From: Armatimonadota bacterium
GTDB taxonomy: Bacteria > Armatimonadota > HRBIN16
Length of the DNA stretch: 64,000 nt
Direction of reading: 5' to 3'
Assembly (NCBI GenBank): GCA_049969495.1
Contig: JBMFOT010000008.1
Coordinates: 2,136 to 66,135 of the forward strand
Notes under the pieces: model-generated
Told to the model about the DNA's origin: nothing
Seen by the model: only the letters and a program-made list of their open reading frames with translations
Database searches by the model: none
In this document: one piece after another, positions 28,061-40,269 of the stretch
How positions within the stretch are numbered: the first letter of the stretch is position 1
How the letters are laid out: every line of letters begins with the position of its first letter
Translations under genes and position numbers: made by a program

Positions 28061-29008
28061 GTGCTGATGAACCGATTAGCCAGATTCAGCTGGGGAGTGT
28101 TAGTGTATAACGTATTGGTTATCCTGTGGGGCGCGTATGTGCGGGCGACAGGCAGTGGCGCCGGCTGCGGTAGTCACTGGCCCACCTGCAACGGTGAGGT
28201 GATTCCACGCCCCCAGTCGGTGGAAATGCTCATCGAGTTCACCCATCGCGCCACGAGTGGATTGGCACTGCTGGCGGTGCTGGTGATGTTCATCTGGGCG
28301 TTTCGAGCATATCCCCGCAAGCATATCGTGCGTCTCGGCGCGTCGCTGTCGTTGTTTTTCATTATCACCGAGGCGTTGGTGGGCGCAGGGCTGGTGCTCT
28401 TCGAGTGGGTAGCACGCGACACGTCGGTCGCACGGGCGGTATCGATGGCGGTGCATCTGGCAAATACCTTCCTGCTGTTGGCAGCGCTCGCGCTCACCGC
28501 GTGGTGGGCGTCTGGTGGAGCACGTTTCCGCCTACGCGGACAGGGCAGGCTCCTGCAGGTGCTGGCAGGGGGAATGGTAGCAATGCTGGTAACAGGTATG
28601 ACGGGTGCGGTGATCGCGCTGGGCGACACGCTGACGCTCGGACTGGGCATCGCCCCTGAACGGTCCCCGCTGGTGCGTACGCTGGTTGCCCTCCGTCCGA
28701 TTCACCCTGTTATCGCGGTGCTGGCAGGAGTTTATCTCTCTATGACCGGCATTTGGGTGCTGAACCATCGCCCTCAGCCGTTGGTCGCTCGCTTTGTGAT
28801 GACGCTGATGGTGCTGATTGTGCTTCAGTTGGTTGCCGGCGCGATCAACGTGGTGTTGAAGGCTCCTGTGTGGATGCAGCTAATGCATCTGCTGTTGTCG
28901 GACATAATATGGATTGTGCTGGTGTTACTTTGCGCCGAGTCGCTTTCTGCCGAGGCACCTGTCCGCGAGGCGCCAACGGTGCCTCCAGCTGTACCTGTCC
29001 AGTCGTGA
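28061..29008 (+). CDS. ctaA: Heme A synthase (COX15/CtaA, type 1)
   Basis: GAGCGSHWPTCNG cysteine pair, EFTHR, conserved His residues, about 8 TM helices. Confidence 0.85.
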   Translation: MLMNRLARFSWGVLVYNVLVILWGAYVRATGSGAGCGSHWPTCNGEVIPRPQSVEMLIEFTHRATSGLALLAVLVMFIWAFRAYPRKHIVRLGASLSLFFIITEALVGAGLVLFEWVARDTSVARAVSMAVHLANTFLLLAALALTAWWASGGARFRLRGQGRLLQVLAGGMVAMLVTGMTGAVIALGDTLTLGLGIAPERSPLVRTLVALRPIHPVIAVLAGVYLSMTGIWVLNHRPQPLVARFVMTLMVLIVLQLVAGAINVVLKAPVWMQLMHLLLSDIIWIVLVLLCAESLSAEAPVREAPTVPPAVPVQS

Positions 29009-29014
29009 CAGCCT

Positions 29015-29289
29015 TTCATCGTACCTTCCCAGCTCCTTTGCCTTCTGCACAAAGGCACGAAACTGCTCCAGACTCACGCTGTCGGGCACGGAGTGGTCGG
29101 AACTGATGATGTAGCCACCACCCTGCAGTCCAGACCGAAAAACTCCGCGAAGTTCGCCTCTTCGCGTATGCTTTCTCGATGCCAGCGCTCGAGGGTCGCT
29201 CCCCAAGGACTGTCGGTAATGGGCACGCGGTCTGCCTCACGGTGTTCGTACATCCGCTTGACGCGCTCATGCGTGGTGAGTTCACCCAT
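29015..29289 (-). pseudogene. Uroporphyrinogen-decarboxylase-family remnant with large internal deletion
   Basis: N-terminus [18 protein letters not shown]...FFGLD fused out of frame to C-terminus GGGYIISSDHSVPDSVSLE. Confidence 0.75.
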
Positions 29290-30541
29290 TTGAGTCCTCC
29301 CAGCGTCTGAACACCAGCGTGGCATTGTGCCCGCCGAAGCCGAAGGAGTTCGACAGGGCGACGTCTATCCTCATCGGGCGTGCTTCGTTCGGCACGTAGT
29401 CCAGGTCGCACTCCGGGTCGGGGACCTGATAGTTAATGGTCGGCGGGGCAATCTGGTGCTGGATGGCAAGCACCGTTGCGATGGCTTCGATCGCTCCTGC
29501 TGCACCCAGCAGGTGTCCGGTCATCGATTTCGTAGAGCTGACCGCCAGATGTCTGGCATGTTCTCCAAAAGCACGTTTGATAGCCAGCGTTTCCAGACGG
29601 TCGTTGGCGGGGGTAGAGGTGCCGTGCGCGTTGATATAGTCCACCTCGTCGGGGGCGATGCCTGCCTTGCGCATTGCCAGTTCCATCACACGCTTTGCGC
29701 CCTCGCCTTCCGGGTCGGGAGCGGTGATATGATAGGCGTCGGCTGTCATGGCGTAGCCGGTGATTTCCGCCAGAATGGGGGCACCGCGTTGCAAAGCGTG
29801 TTCCAGCTCCTCCAGCACCAGCACCCCTGCGCCTTCACCCATGACGAAACCATCCCGCTCGGCATCGAAGGGGCGACTGGCGTGCTCGGGGTCGTCGTTG
29901 CGGGTGGAGAGCGCACGGGCATTGGCAAAGCTGGCGAGCGCAAGGGCGGTAATCGCCGCCTCGGTGCCTCCCGCGATCATCACGTCTGCATCGCCGCGGC
30001 GGATAATCTCCCACGCATCACCGACCGCGTTCGTGCCTGCTGCGCAGGCAGTCACCACGGTCGTGCAGGGTCCTTGCAATCCGAACTGGATGGCAACCTG
30101 TCCTGATGCCATGTTTGCAATCATCATGGGGATGAGGAAGGGGCTGACGCGGTCAGGTCCGCGTTCCAGAAACACTCTGTGCTGCTCTTCAAGGGTTTGC
30201 AGTCCGCCGATGCCGCTGGCGATCAGCGTGCCGATACGTGCGCGGTTCTCGTCGGTGATTTCCAGCCCCGAGCTCGCCAGCGCCTCTTTGGTCGCCGCGA
30301 TGGCAAACTGCGTGAAACGGTCCATACGACGCGCTTCCTTGCGCTCGATGTAGTTTTCGGGGATGAAACCTTTGACCTCCGCCGCGAAACGCACCGGCTG
30401 CCCCGAAGGGTCAAAGGAGGTAATGGTCGCCACCCCGTTGCGTCCACTTTTCAGTCCTTCCCAGAAGGAAGGAACGTCCAAGCCCAACGGGGTAATGGCG
30501 CCCATGCCGGTCACCACTACCCGCCGCCACATCGCATCCAC
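29282..30541 (-). CDS. fabF: 3-oxoacyl-ACP synthase II
   Basis: [34 protein letters not shown]. Confidence 0.97.
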   Translation of the reverse strand: MDAMWRRVVVTGMGAITPLGLDVPSFWEGLKSGRNGVATITSFDPSGQPVRFAAEVKGFIPENYIERKEARRMDRFTQFAIAATKEALASSGLEITDENRARIGTLIASGIGGLQTLEEQHRVFLERGPDRVSPFLIPMMIANMASGQVAIQFGLQGPCTTVVTACAAGTNAVGDAWEIIRRGDADVMIAGGTEAAITALALASFANARALSTRNDDPEHASRPFDAERDGFVMGEGAGVLVLEELEHALQRGAPILAEITGYAMTADAYHITAPDPEGEGAKRVMELAMRKAGIAPDEVDYINAHGTSTPANDRLETLAIKRAFGEHARHLAVSSTKSMTGHLLGAAGAIEAIATVLAIQHQIAPPTINYQVPDPECDLDYVPNEARPMRIDVALSNSFGFGGHNATLVFRRWEDSNG

Positions 30542-30547
30542 CGTCGG

Positions 30548-30787
30548 TTAGCCCGTAGCCAGTTTCTGCTCGATGTAGTTCACCGCATCCTGTACCGTGC
30601 GGATACCCTCCGCATCTTCATCGGGGATCTCGATGTTGAACTCCTCTTCCAGAGCCATGATGAGCTCCACCACGTCCAGAGAGTCGGCACCGAGGTCCTC
30701 CGCAAAAGACGCCTCCGGCGTTACCTCGCCCTCATCGACGTCCAGCTTTTCCACAATCACTTTTTTGATGCGGTCAAACGTGCTCAT
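30548..30787 (-). CDS. acpP: Acyl carrier protein
   Basis: [12 protein letters not shown]. Confidence 0.97.
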   Translation of the reverse strand: MSTFDRIKKVIVEKLDVDEGEVTPEASFAEDLGADSLDVVELIMALEEEFNIEIPDEDAEGIRTVQDAVNYIEQKLATG

Positions 30788-30843
30788 TCGTTCCCTCCGT
30801 ATCATGAGTTTGGATGTTTTCCGCAAATTCGGCAACGGCTTCC

Positions 30844-31596
30844 CTATATCATAACGAGACCGCCGTCTACCGTCAAGACCTGTCCCGTGATGTATGACGC
30901 CTCTTCACTGCACAAGAAGACCACTGCTCCGGCAACATCTTCTGCCTTGCCCAATCGCCCCAGCGGAATCTGCTTCAGGATGGCTTCACGCACCTGGTCG
31001 GGCAGGGCGTCGGTCATGGCGGTTTCAATCCAGCCGGGAGCAACCGCGTTGACTCGGATATTGCGCGAACCCAGCTCTCGCGCCAGCGATTTGGTAAAAC
31101 CGATTAACCCCGCCTTTGCCGAAGCGTAGTTTGCCTGTCCGGCATTGCCCGTCAGCCCCATGATGGACGTGATGTTGACGATACTGCCGGCACGCTGTTT
31201 CATCATCACCCGCGCCACCGCACGACTGCACAGAAACGCTCCTTTCAGGTTCACGTCCAGCACCGTGTCCCAATCCTCTTCGCGCATACGCACCAGCAGG
31301 GCGTCGCGTGTGATGCCCGCGTTGTTGACCAGAATGTCTATCCTGCCGAACGCACTCAGTACCTCGGCAACACCGGCTTCTACGGATTCCGCACGGGAGA
31401 CGTCCATCTCCACCGCCAGCGAACGCCTGCCCAGAGCCTGTACCGCATCGGCAACCCTCAGCGCATTCGCTAGCGTGTGCGATGCTACTGCCACCTCTGC
31501 CCCCTCACGCGCCAGGGCAACGGCGATACCCTGTCCGATACCGCGACTGTCCTTTCCTGCGCCGGTAACCAGCGCGATTTTGCCTTCGAGCCTCAA
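30844..31596 (-). CDS. fabG: 3-oxoacyl-ACP reductase
   Basis: [20 protein letters not shown]. Probable TTG start at 31596 after GAGGTG. Confidence 0.93.
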   Translation of the reverse strand: MRLEGKIALVTGAGKDSRGIGQGIAVALAREGAEVAVASHTLANALRVADAVQALGRRSLAVEMDVSRAESVEAGVAEVLSAFGRIDILVNNAGITRDALLVRMREEDWDTVLDVNLKGAFLCSRAVARVMMKQRAGSIVNITSIMGLTGNAGQANYASAKAGLIGFTKSLARELGSRNIRVNAVAPGWIETAMTDALPDQVREAILKQIPLGRLGKAEDVAGAVVFLCSEEASYITGQVLTVDGGLVMI

Positions 31597-31613
31597 CCTA
31601 TCCCACCTCGTGC

Positions 31614-32546
31614 TCAACTTTTTAACAGGTGCGCGGCACGATGTACGTCCTCGGCAGTATGCACCGCCAGCGTCTGTGCCTCGGCAACCGTTCTCCGTAT
31701 CAGCCCACTCAGCACATCGCCGGGGCCCAACTCCGCGAATAACCGCGCTCCCATTTCCCACATCCGGCGCACGCTTTCCTCCCAGCGCACCGAATGGAGC
31801 AGCTGCTCGGTGAGCAGAGCCACAAAGTCGGTCTCCGTCCCCAGCACGTCCGCTGTGCGATTCGACACCACCCGCACCTTCGACGGGTGAAACCTCACTT
31901 CTTGCAGCGTCTGACGAAACCGCTCGGCGGCAGGCTGCATCAACGGCGAGTGGAACCCTCCGCTGACGCGCAGGGGAATTACTCGTTTTGCCCCTTTCGC
32001 CCTGCACAGCTCGGCCGCCCGGGCAACGGCATCCGCCTCGCCTGAAATCACCACCTGCCCCGGGCAGTTGTAATTTGCCACGCACACCACTCCGGCAGAC
32101 GATGCCTCTGCGCACGCCGCTTCCACCGCCTGCGCGTCTAGACCCAGCACCGCCGCCATCGTGCCCTGCGACCGCTCTGCAGCCGCTTGCATCGCCTCGG
32201 CGCGTGCCCGCACTAGCTTCAGTCCATCCTGCCACTCCAGTACGCCCGCCGCCACCAGCGCTGCGTATTCGCCCACGCTGTGCCCCGCCACGCAGACGGG
32301 GTGCAGCTCCACCTGTTCGCTCAGGGCGTACCATGTCGCCACGCTTGTCACGAACAGCGCCGGTTGAGCATGAACCGTCTGGCGTAGCTCCTCCTCGTCT
32401 CCCTCAAAGCACAATGCGCTCAGACGATAGCCCAGTAACTCATCCGCCTCCTCATAAACCTTCCGTGCCGATGCAAACGCTTCGGCAATCTCTTTGCCCA
32501 TGCCCGGCGCCTGCGAACCCTGTCCTGGAAATACCAGCGCGTACAT
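31614..32546 (-). CDS. fabD: Malonyl-CoA:ACP transacylase
   Basis: FPGQGSQ, GHSVGE, GGFHS. Confidence 0.97.
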   Translation of the reverse strand: MYALVFPGQGSQAPGMGKEIAEAFASARKVYEEADELLGYRLSALCFEGDEEELRQTVHAQPALFVTSVATWYALSEQVELHPVCVAGHSVGEYAALVAAGVLEWQDGLKLVRARAEAMQAAAERSQGTMAAVLGLDAQAVEAACAEASSAGVVCVANYNCPGQVVISGEADAVARAAELCRAKGAKRVIPLRVSGGFHSPLMQPAAERFRQTLQEVRFHPSKVRVVSNRTADVLGTETDFVALLTEQLLHSVRWEESVRRMWEMGARLFAELGPGDVLSGLIRRTVAEAQTLAVHTAEDVHRAAHLLKS

Positions 32547-32556
32547 CGTTGCCTCC

Positions 32557-33552
32557 CTAATACACCCACCGTAGCACGCAGGCTCCCCACGTCAAACCCG
32601 CGCCGAACCCCACCACTACCGCCACATCGCCCTTCTTCAGTTGTCCCTGCGCCCACGCTTCGTAAAGCGCGATGGGTATCGACGCCGCCGAGGTGTTGCC
32701 GTAGCGGTCTACGTTGACGAACACCCGTTCCATCGGCAGGTTCAGCCGTTCCGCCGCCGCCTGAATGATGCGGATGTTCGCCTGATGTGGAATGAAGAGG
32801 TTCACCTCTTCGGGAGGGATACCTGCTTTCTGCAGAGCCTGTACCGCCACCTCGCCCATGATGGTCACCGCGAACTTGAACACCTCGCGCCCACGCATGT
32901 GGATGGTATGCCGCTTCCGCGCAATCACTTCGGGACTGAGCGGTTCGCGCGTGCCACCTGCGGGCACGTTAAGCAAGGGCGCGCCTGTACCATCCGCACC
33001 CAGCACGCCCGAAAGCACGCCGTAAGGTTCCTCGACAGGAGCCAGCACCACCGCGCCCGCGCCGTCGCCAAAAAGCACGCAGGTAGCACGGTCCTCCCAG
33101 TTCACCTGACGCGACAGGATGTCCGCGCCGATCACCAGCACACAGCGATATGCCCCTGTTTCCACAGCCTGCGCTGCTATCCACAGCGCGTACACAAAGC
33201 CCGAGCAGACCGCGTTCAGGTCAAACGCCGCCGCTTTTGTCGCTCCGATTTTCGCCTGCACCAAACAGGCGGTAGAGGGCCAGGGCATGTCGGGCGTGGC
33301 GGTAGCAACCACAATCAGGTCTACCTCTTCTGCGCTCTTGCCCGCGTTTTGCAGTGCCTGATGCGCCGCCTGCGCGGCGAGGTCGGAGGTGGCAATGTGT
33401 GCAGGAGCAACGCGCCGCTCGCGAATGCCGGTGCGGGTGACTATCCATTCATCGGTGGTATCGATGCGCTGTTCCAGGTCGTGATTGGTGATGACCTTTT
33501 CGGGAATGCCGACGCCTACCCCGATGATACCCGCACGCACGTTACTGCGCAT
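32557..33552 (-). CDS. fabH: 3-oxoacyl-ACP synthase III
   Basis: AVCSGF, FGDGAGA, PHQAN, YGNTSAAS. Start ATG 33552. Confidence 0.95.
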   Translation of the reverse strand: MRSNVRAGIIGVGVGIPEKVITNHDLEQRIDTTDEWIVTRTGIRERRVAPAHIATSDLAAQAAHQALQNAGKSAEEVDLIVVATATPDMPWPSTACLVQAKIGATKAAAFDLNAVCSGFVYALWIAAQAVETGAYRCVLVIGADILSRQVNWEDRATCVLFGDGAGAVVLAPVEEPYGVLSGVLGADGTGAPLLNVPAGGTREPLSPEVIARKRHTIHMRGREVFKFAVTIMGEVAVQALQKAGIPPEEVNLFIPHQANIRIIQAAAERLNLPMERVFVNVDRYGNTSAASIPIALYEAWAQGQLKKGDVAVVVGFGAGLTWGACVLRWVY

Positions 33553-34615
33553 CGGCTTCGTTCTCCTGCAGGAGGAAGGGTAGGGTGCTGAGCAGGGCGG
33601 TTTGCTGAAGCATTGCGCTTTCGATGCGCTCCGCCATCCGCTCCTGTACAGAACGTACGGTAAGGCGTACTCCGTTAGCGATTGCGCTGGCGTGAGACCG
33701 TCCATGCCCGATAACGCACACGCCACGCACGCCCAGCAGATGTGCGCCGCCGTACTGAGCGTAATCGGTGCGCTGTTTGAGGCGACGAATCACGCCCTTC
33801 ATCAAACCCAGTGGTATCACCAGCAACGGATTACGCCGCACCTCCTCTTCAATCAGGCTCACCATAAAGCTGGCGGTTCCTTCGCCGATTTTGAGCGCAA
33901 CGTTGCCTACGAACCCGTCGCATACCACCACATCCGCCTTGCCTTCAAAGACATCCTTGCCCTCAATATTGCCGACGAAGGGCAACCCGCTCTGGTGCAG
34001 TAGCTTATGCGCCAGCTTCACCACCTGATTGCCCTTACCCTCTTCTTCCCCGTTGCTGAGCAGCCCTACCGCTGGGTTGGGAATGTTCAGGATAACTTGT
34101 GCGTATACCGACCCCATGATGGCGAACTCCAACAGGTGCGAAGGGTCACAATCCACGTTGGCGCCCGCATCGATCAGCACGAAACGCCCTTTTTTGCTGG
34201 GTATCGCCGCGGCGATGGCGGGGCGGTCGATGCCAGGAATGCGACCAATCTGCAAGGCGGCCACCGCCATCGCGGCACCGCTGTTGCCTGCGGAGAAGAA
34301 AGCATCCGCTTCGCCATCCTGCACCATCTGGGCACACACCACGATAGAGGCATCCCGCTTGCGCCGAATGCCCTGCACAGGGCTTTCACCCATCTCGATG
34401 ACCTGCGAGGCGTGGCGAAAGTGTACGTTGGAGGGCACGGAGGCTCCCCGCAATTCGGCAGTGATGCGCTCCCGGTCGCCCACCAGCGTGATGTCTACAA
34501 AGGGCATCTCGGAGGCGACAGTCAAACATCCCCGAATCACTTCTTGCGGGGCATAATCGCCCCCCATGGCGTCTACAGCGACTCGTATGGCTGAGTTAGC
34601 AAGAGCCATCGGCAC
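33542..34615 (-). CDS. plsX: Phosphate acyltransferase
   Basis: VDAMGGDYAP, SAGNSGA, DAGANVD, CDGFVGN, GHGRS. Confidence 0.95.
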   Translation of the reverse strand: MPMALANSAIRVAVDAMGGDYAPQEVIRGCLTVASEMPFVDITLVGDRERITAELRGASVPSNVHFRHASQVIEMGESPVQGIRRKRDASIVVCAQMVQDGEADAFFSAGNSGAAMAVAALQIGRIPGIDRPAIAAAIPSKKGRFVLIDAGANVDCDPSHLLEFAIMGSVYAQVILNIPNPAVGLLSNGEEEGKGNQVVKLAHKLLHQSGLPFVGNIEGKDVFEGKADVVVCDGFVGNVALKIGEGTASFMVSLIEEEVRRNPLLVIPLGLMKGVIRRLKQRTDYAQYGGAHLLGVRGVCVIGHGRSHASAIANGVRLTVRSVQERMAERIESAMLQQTALLSTLPFLLQENEADAQ

Positions 34616-34620
34616 CGCGA

Positions 34621-34839
34621 CTATCTCTCGCGCCGACGCTTCTGCTTAATCAGCACCGCTTGTCGCCCCTTGTAGTAACCGCAAACGGGGCAAGCGGTGT
34701 GCGACAGATGCGCGCCGGGGCAATCAGGATTGTTCGTTGGGCATCGCCCAATCTTGACCACCGTTGCGGCGTTCAGGATATAGTGGGTGCGCCGCTTTGC
34801 TGTTCGCGCATGGGAATGTCGTCTCTTTGGTAAAGCCAC
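34621..34839 (-). CDS. rpmF: 50S ribosomal protein L32
   Basis: MALPKRRHS...HTACPVCGYYKG. Confidence 0.93.
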   Translation of the reverse strand: MALPKRRHSHARTAKRRTHYILNAATVVKIGRCPTNNPDCPGAHLSHTACPVCGYYKGRQAVLIKQKRRRER

Positions 34840-34952
34840 TGTTTCACCTCTTTCCGAGTAAAAATTGCCGATATATTATATCACGAGTCCGCAGCCATTT
34901 GGGCTGTAGTGCAGAAGATGATGCTACCCTCCAGTCAGTCAGCAAGTCCGCC

Positions 34953-35483
34953 TCACTCTCTCCTTGCAAGAAGCTGTGCCAGTGCAGCGAAGGCGGGATG
35001 ACCTACCGGTCGTTCGCAAGAGCACTCGCCTTCGTTCAGGTCTGCTCCGCAGGTCGGACACAGCCCCTTGCACTCCTCATCATGCAGCGGTTTGATGGGC
35101 AGAGAAACCAGCAACATCTGCCGTATCAGCTCCGTCAGGTCCAGGATGTTGTCCTCTAGAAAGAGCGTATCACCCTCTTCCGGCACGATGGTGACCTGCG
35201 GATGCTCGAACGGGCGAGCCGCAATAGCACGCAACTCTACCTGCTCTTCCACCTCGCAGAGCAGCGGCATCTCGAAAAGGCGCAAACACCGACTGCACTC
35301 CAGCTCCACGCTGGTATGCAACAGTCCGCGCACCAGCAGCAGGTCGCCAGTGTTGGTAAAGCGCAGATTACCCTGAATTGGAGCTAGCACCCGTACGTCC
35401 TCAATGGAGCTTGCCGGCTCATCCACCCTGTAGGATATCTGCTTGCCAACGTGCTGGGCGATCTCGGTTAAATCCAGTCTCAT
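34953..35483 (-). CDS. yceD: DUF177/YceD family protein
   Basis: CSRCL and CKGLCPTCG motifs; upstream of rpmF. Confidence 0.9.
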   Translation of the reverse strand: MRLDLTEIAQHVGKQISYRVDEPASSIEDVRVLAPIQGNLRFTNTGDLLLVRGLLHTSVELECSRCLRLFEMPLLCEVEEQVELRAIAARPFEHPQVTIVPEEGDTLFLEDNILDLTELIRQMLLVSLPIKPLHDEECKGLCPTCGADLNEGECSCERPVGHPAFAALAQLLARRE

Positions 35484-35512
35484 GGGGAACTCCCCCTCTC
35501 TATGACGATGTG

Positions 35513-36658
35513 TTATCTTCGCAGTCCATCCGCCAGCTTGCGTGTCTCCTCGGCGATCACGCGCTCCTCATCGGTTGGCACGACATATACTTTGACTTGC
35601 GAGCGGGGCGTGCTGATACACCTTTCTCCTGTGCCCTCGCGGTTGGCGGTTTCGTCTATCTCCACTCCCAGGTATTCCAGCGAGGCGCATACCTTACTGC
35701 GCACTGCCGAGCTGTTCTCGCCGATACCTGCCGTGAAGGCAATAGCGTGGACGCCGTTCATCGCGGCGGCGTACGCCCCGATATATTTGATTATCCGATA
35801 ACAGAATACCTCAAAAGCGACCTGCGCTTTACTATCTCCGGCGGCGGCTCGTGCTTCCACGTCACGCATGTCAGACACCCCAGCCAGCGCAAGCAATCCG
35901 CCCTCCTTGTTAATCAGGCGGTCTACCCGGTCGGCGTCCCAGCCGAGGGTGCGCTGCAGGTGCAGGATGATCGCCGGGTCGATATCGCCGGAGCGGGTCC
36001 CCATCACCAGTCCCTCGGCGGGTGTCATGCCCATGCTGGTATCCACGCTTTTGCCGTCCAGCACCGCGGTGATACTGCTGCCGTTGCCCAGATGACAGCA
36101 TATCACCTTGCTGGGAGTCTGCAGTGCGTTTTGCTGTTTTAACAGCTCGTTCACCCGTTCCGAGACGTAGCGATGCGACGTGCCGTGGAAGCCGTATCGG
36201 CGGATGCCGTATTTTTCGCGCAGTTCGTAGGGTAGGGCGTATAGGTAGGCATGTTTCGGCAGGGTGTGGTGGAAAGCGGTGTCGAACACTGCTACCTGTA
36301 TCGCCTGAGGCGCCATCTGCATGCAAGCGCGGATGCCCAGCAGGTTCGGCGGATTGTGCAGAGGCGCAAGCGTCGCACAGGCTTCCACCGCCTCGATCAC
36401 TTCCGGGGTAATAACCACCGAGTCGGTAAACTTTTCACCGCCGTGTACTACGCGGTGTCCGATGGCATGTATTTCCTCTATCGGCAAGCCGTTTTCCATC
36501 TCGCGGAGCCGCGCGAACATCTGCTGCACCGCCACCGTGTGATTAGGGGTTTGCTCGCTGCCGATCCGTTCTATCAATCCTCGCGCACGCTCCTGCGAAT
36601 CACTAAAGAGCCGGTATTTCACCGAAGAGCTACCGCAGTTCACTACCAGTATATTCAC
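35513..36658 (-). CDS. ackA: Acetate kinase
   Basis: NCGSSSVK, GHRVVHGG, APLHNP, GFHGTSH, HLGNGSS. Confidence 0.97.
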   Translation of the reverse strand: MNILVVNCGSSSVKYRLFSDSQERARGLIERIGSEQTPNHTVAVQQMFARLREMENGLPIEEIHAIGHRVVHGGEKFTDSVVITPEVIEAVEACATLAPLHNPPNLLGIRACMQMAPQAIQVAVFDTAFHHTLPKHAYLYALPYELREKYGIRRYGFHGTSHRYVSERVNELLKQQNALQTPSKVICCHLGNGSSITAVLDGKSVDTSMGMTPAEGLVMGTRSGDIDPAIILHLQRTLGWDADRVDRLINKEGGLLALAGVSDMRDVEARAAAGDSKAQVAFEVFCYRIIKYIGAYAAAMNGVHAIAFTAGIGENSSAVRSKVCASLEYLGVEIDETANREGTGERCISTPRSQVKVYVVPTDEERVIAEETRKLADGLRR

Positions 36659-36744
36659 CGAATGTGCCTCCGGTTATCCGTCTTGGTTCGCTTCCAGCCG
36701 GTTGTGTGCCTACTGGTATATTTGTAGCGAGAAGGGGTATTCTC

Positions 36745-36882
36745 CTGCAACTGGACAAGGTGCTGCCCGACCGCCGTGTGCTGGATGCCGTCGTGTTCGA
36801 AGTGTTGGGGCTGAGCGCGTAGAAGCCGTTGGCGGTCTATCGCGCGGTGGTGAATCTGGTGAAGGCGCGGAGCGTGGGGTAG
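36745..36882 (+). pseudogene. C-terminal remnant resembling type IIG restriction-modification proteins
   Basis: LDKVLPDRRVLDAVVFEVLGLSA*KPLAVYRAVVNLVKARSVG*; internal TAG at 36820, no start codon. Confidence 0.5.
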
Positions 36883-36937
36883 GCAGGCATCGGGATGTGC
36901 TTGCCTGCACTACGGTGCGCACCAGTTCCCTTCATCT

Positions 36938-40132
<3,195 letters not shown>

Positions 40133-40163
40133 CCCTGCTGGTGTTTACGCCCTGCAGGGATAG

Positions 40164-40229
40164 ATTGTAAACGTTTCAGGGGTAGTTTGTCAAGCGGACG
40201 TTGACAGGCGCAGAACGGAGGGGTAGAAT
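40164..40229. promoter_or_regulatory. Divergent promoters (recG / amylase) with a LacI-like site
   Basis: Plus strand TTGACA(40201)-17-TAGAAT. Minus strand TTGACA(40193)-18-TACAAT. TGTAAACGTTTCA at 40166-40178. Confidence 0.65.
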
Positions 40230-40269
40230 TATCTGAGAATACGTATTCCTTCCTGAGCGGGTACACAGA

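Noticed and set aside
30844-32334. 496-aa FabG with long N-terminal extension
   Set aside because: The extension is an alternative frame over fabD; the real start is about 31596. The over-extended starts of fabH, lacI, rpsB and the 60051 ORF in the ORF track were trimmed for similar reasons (overlap with a neighbouring gene or promoter).
34621-34839. L32 zinc ribbon with C-x6-C insertion
   Set aside because: Minor lineage variation in a variable loop.
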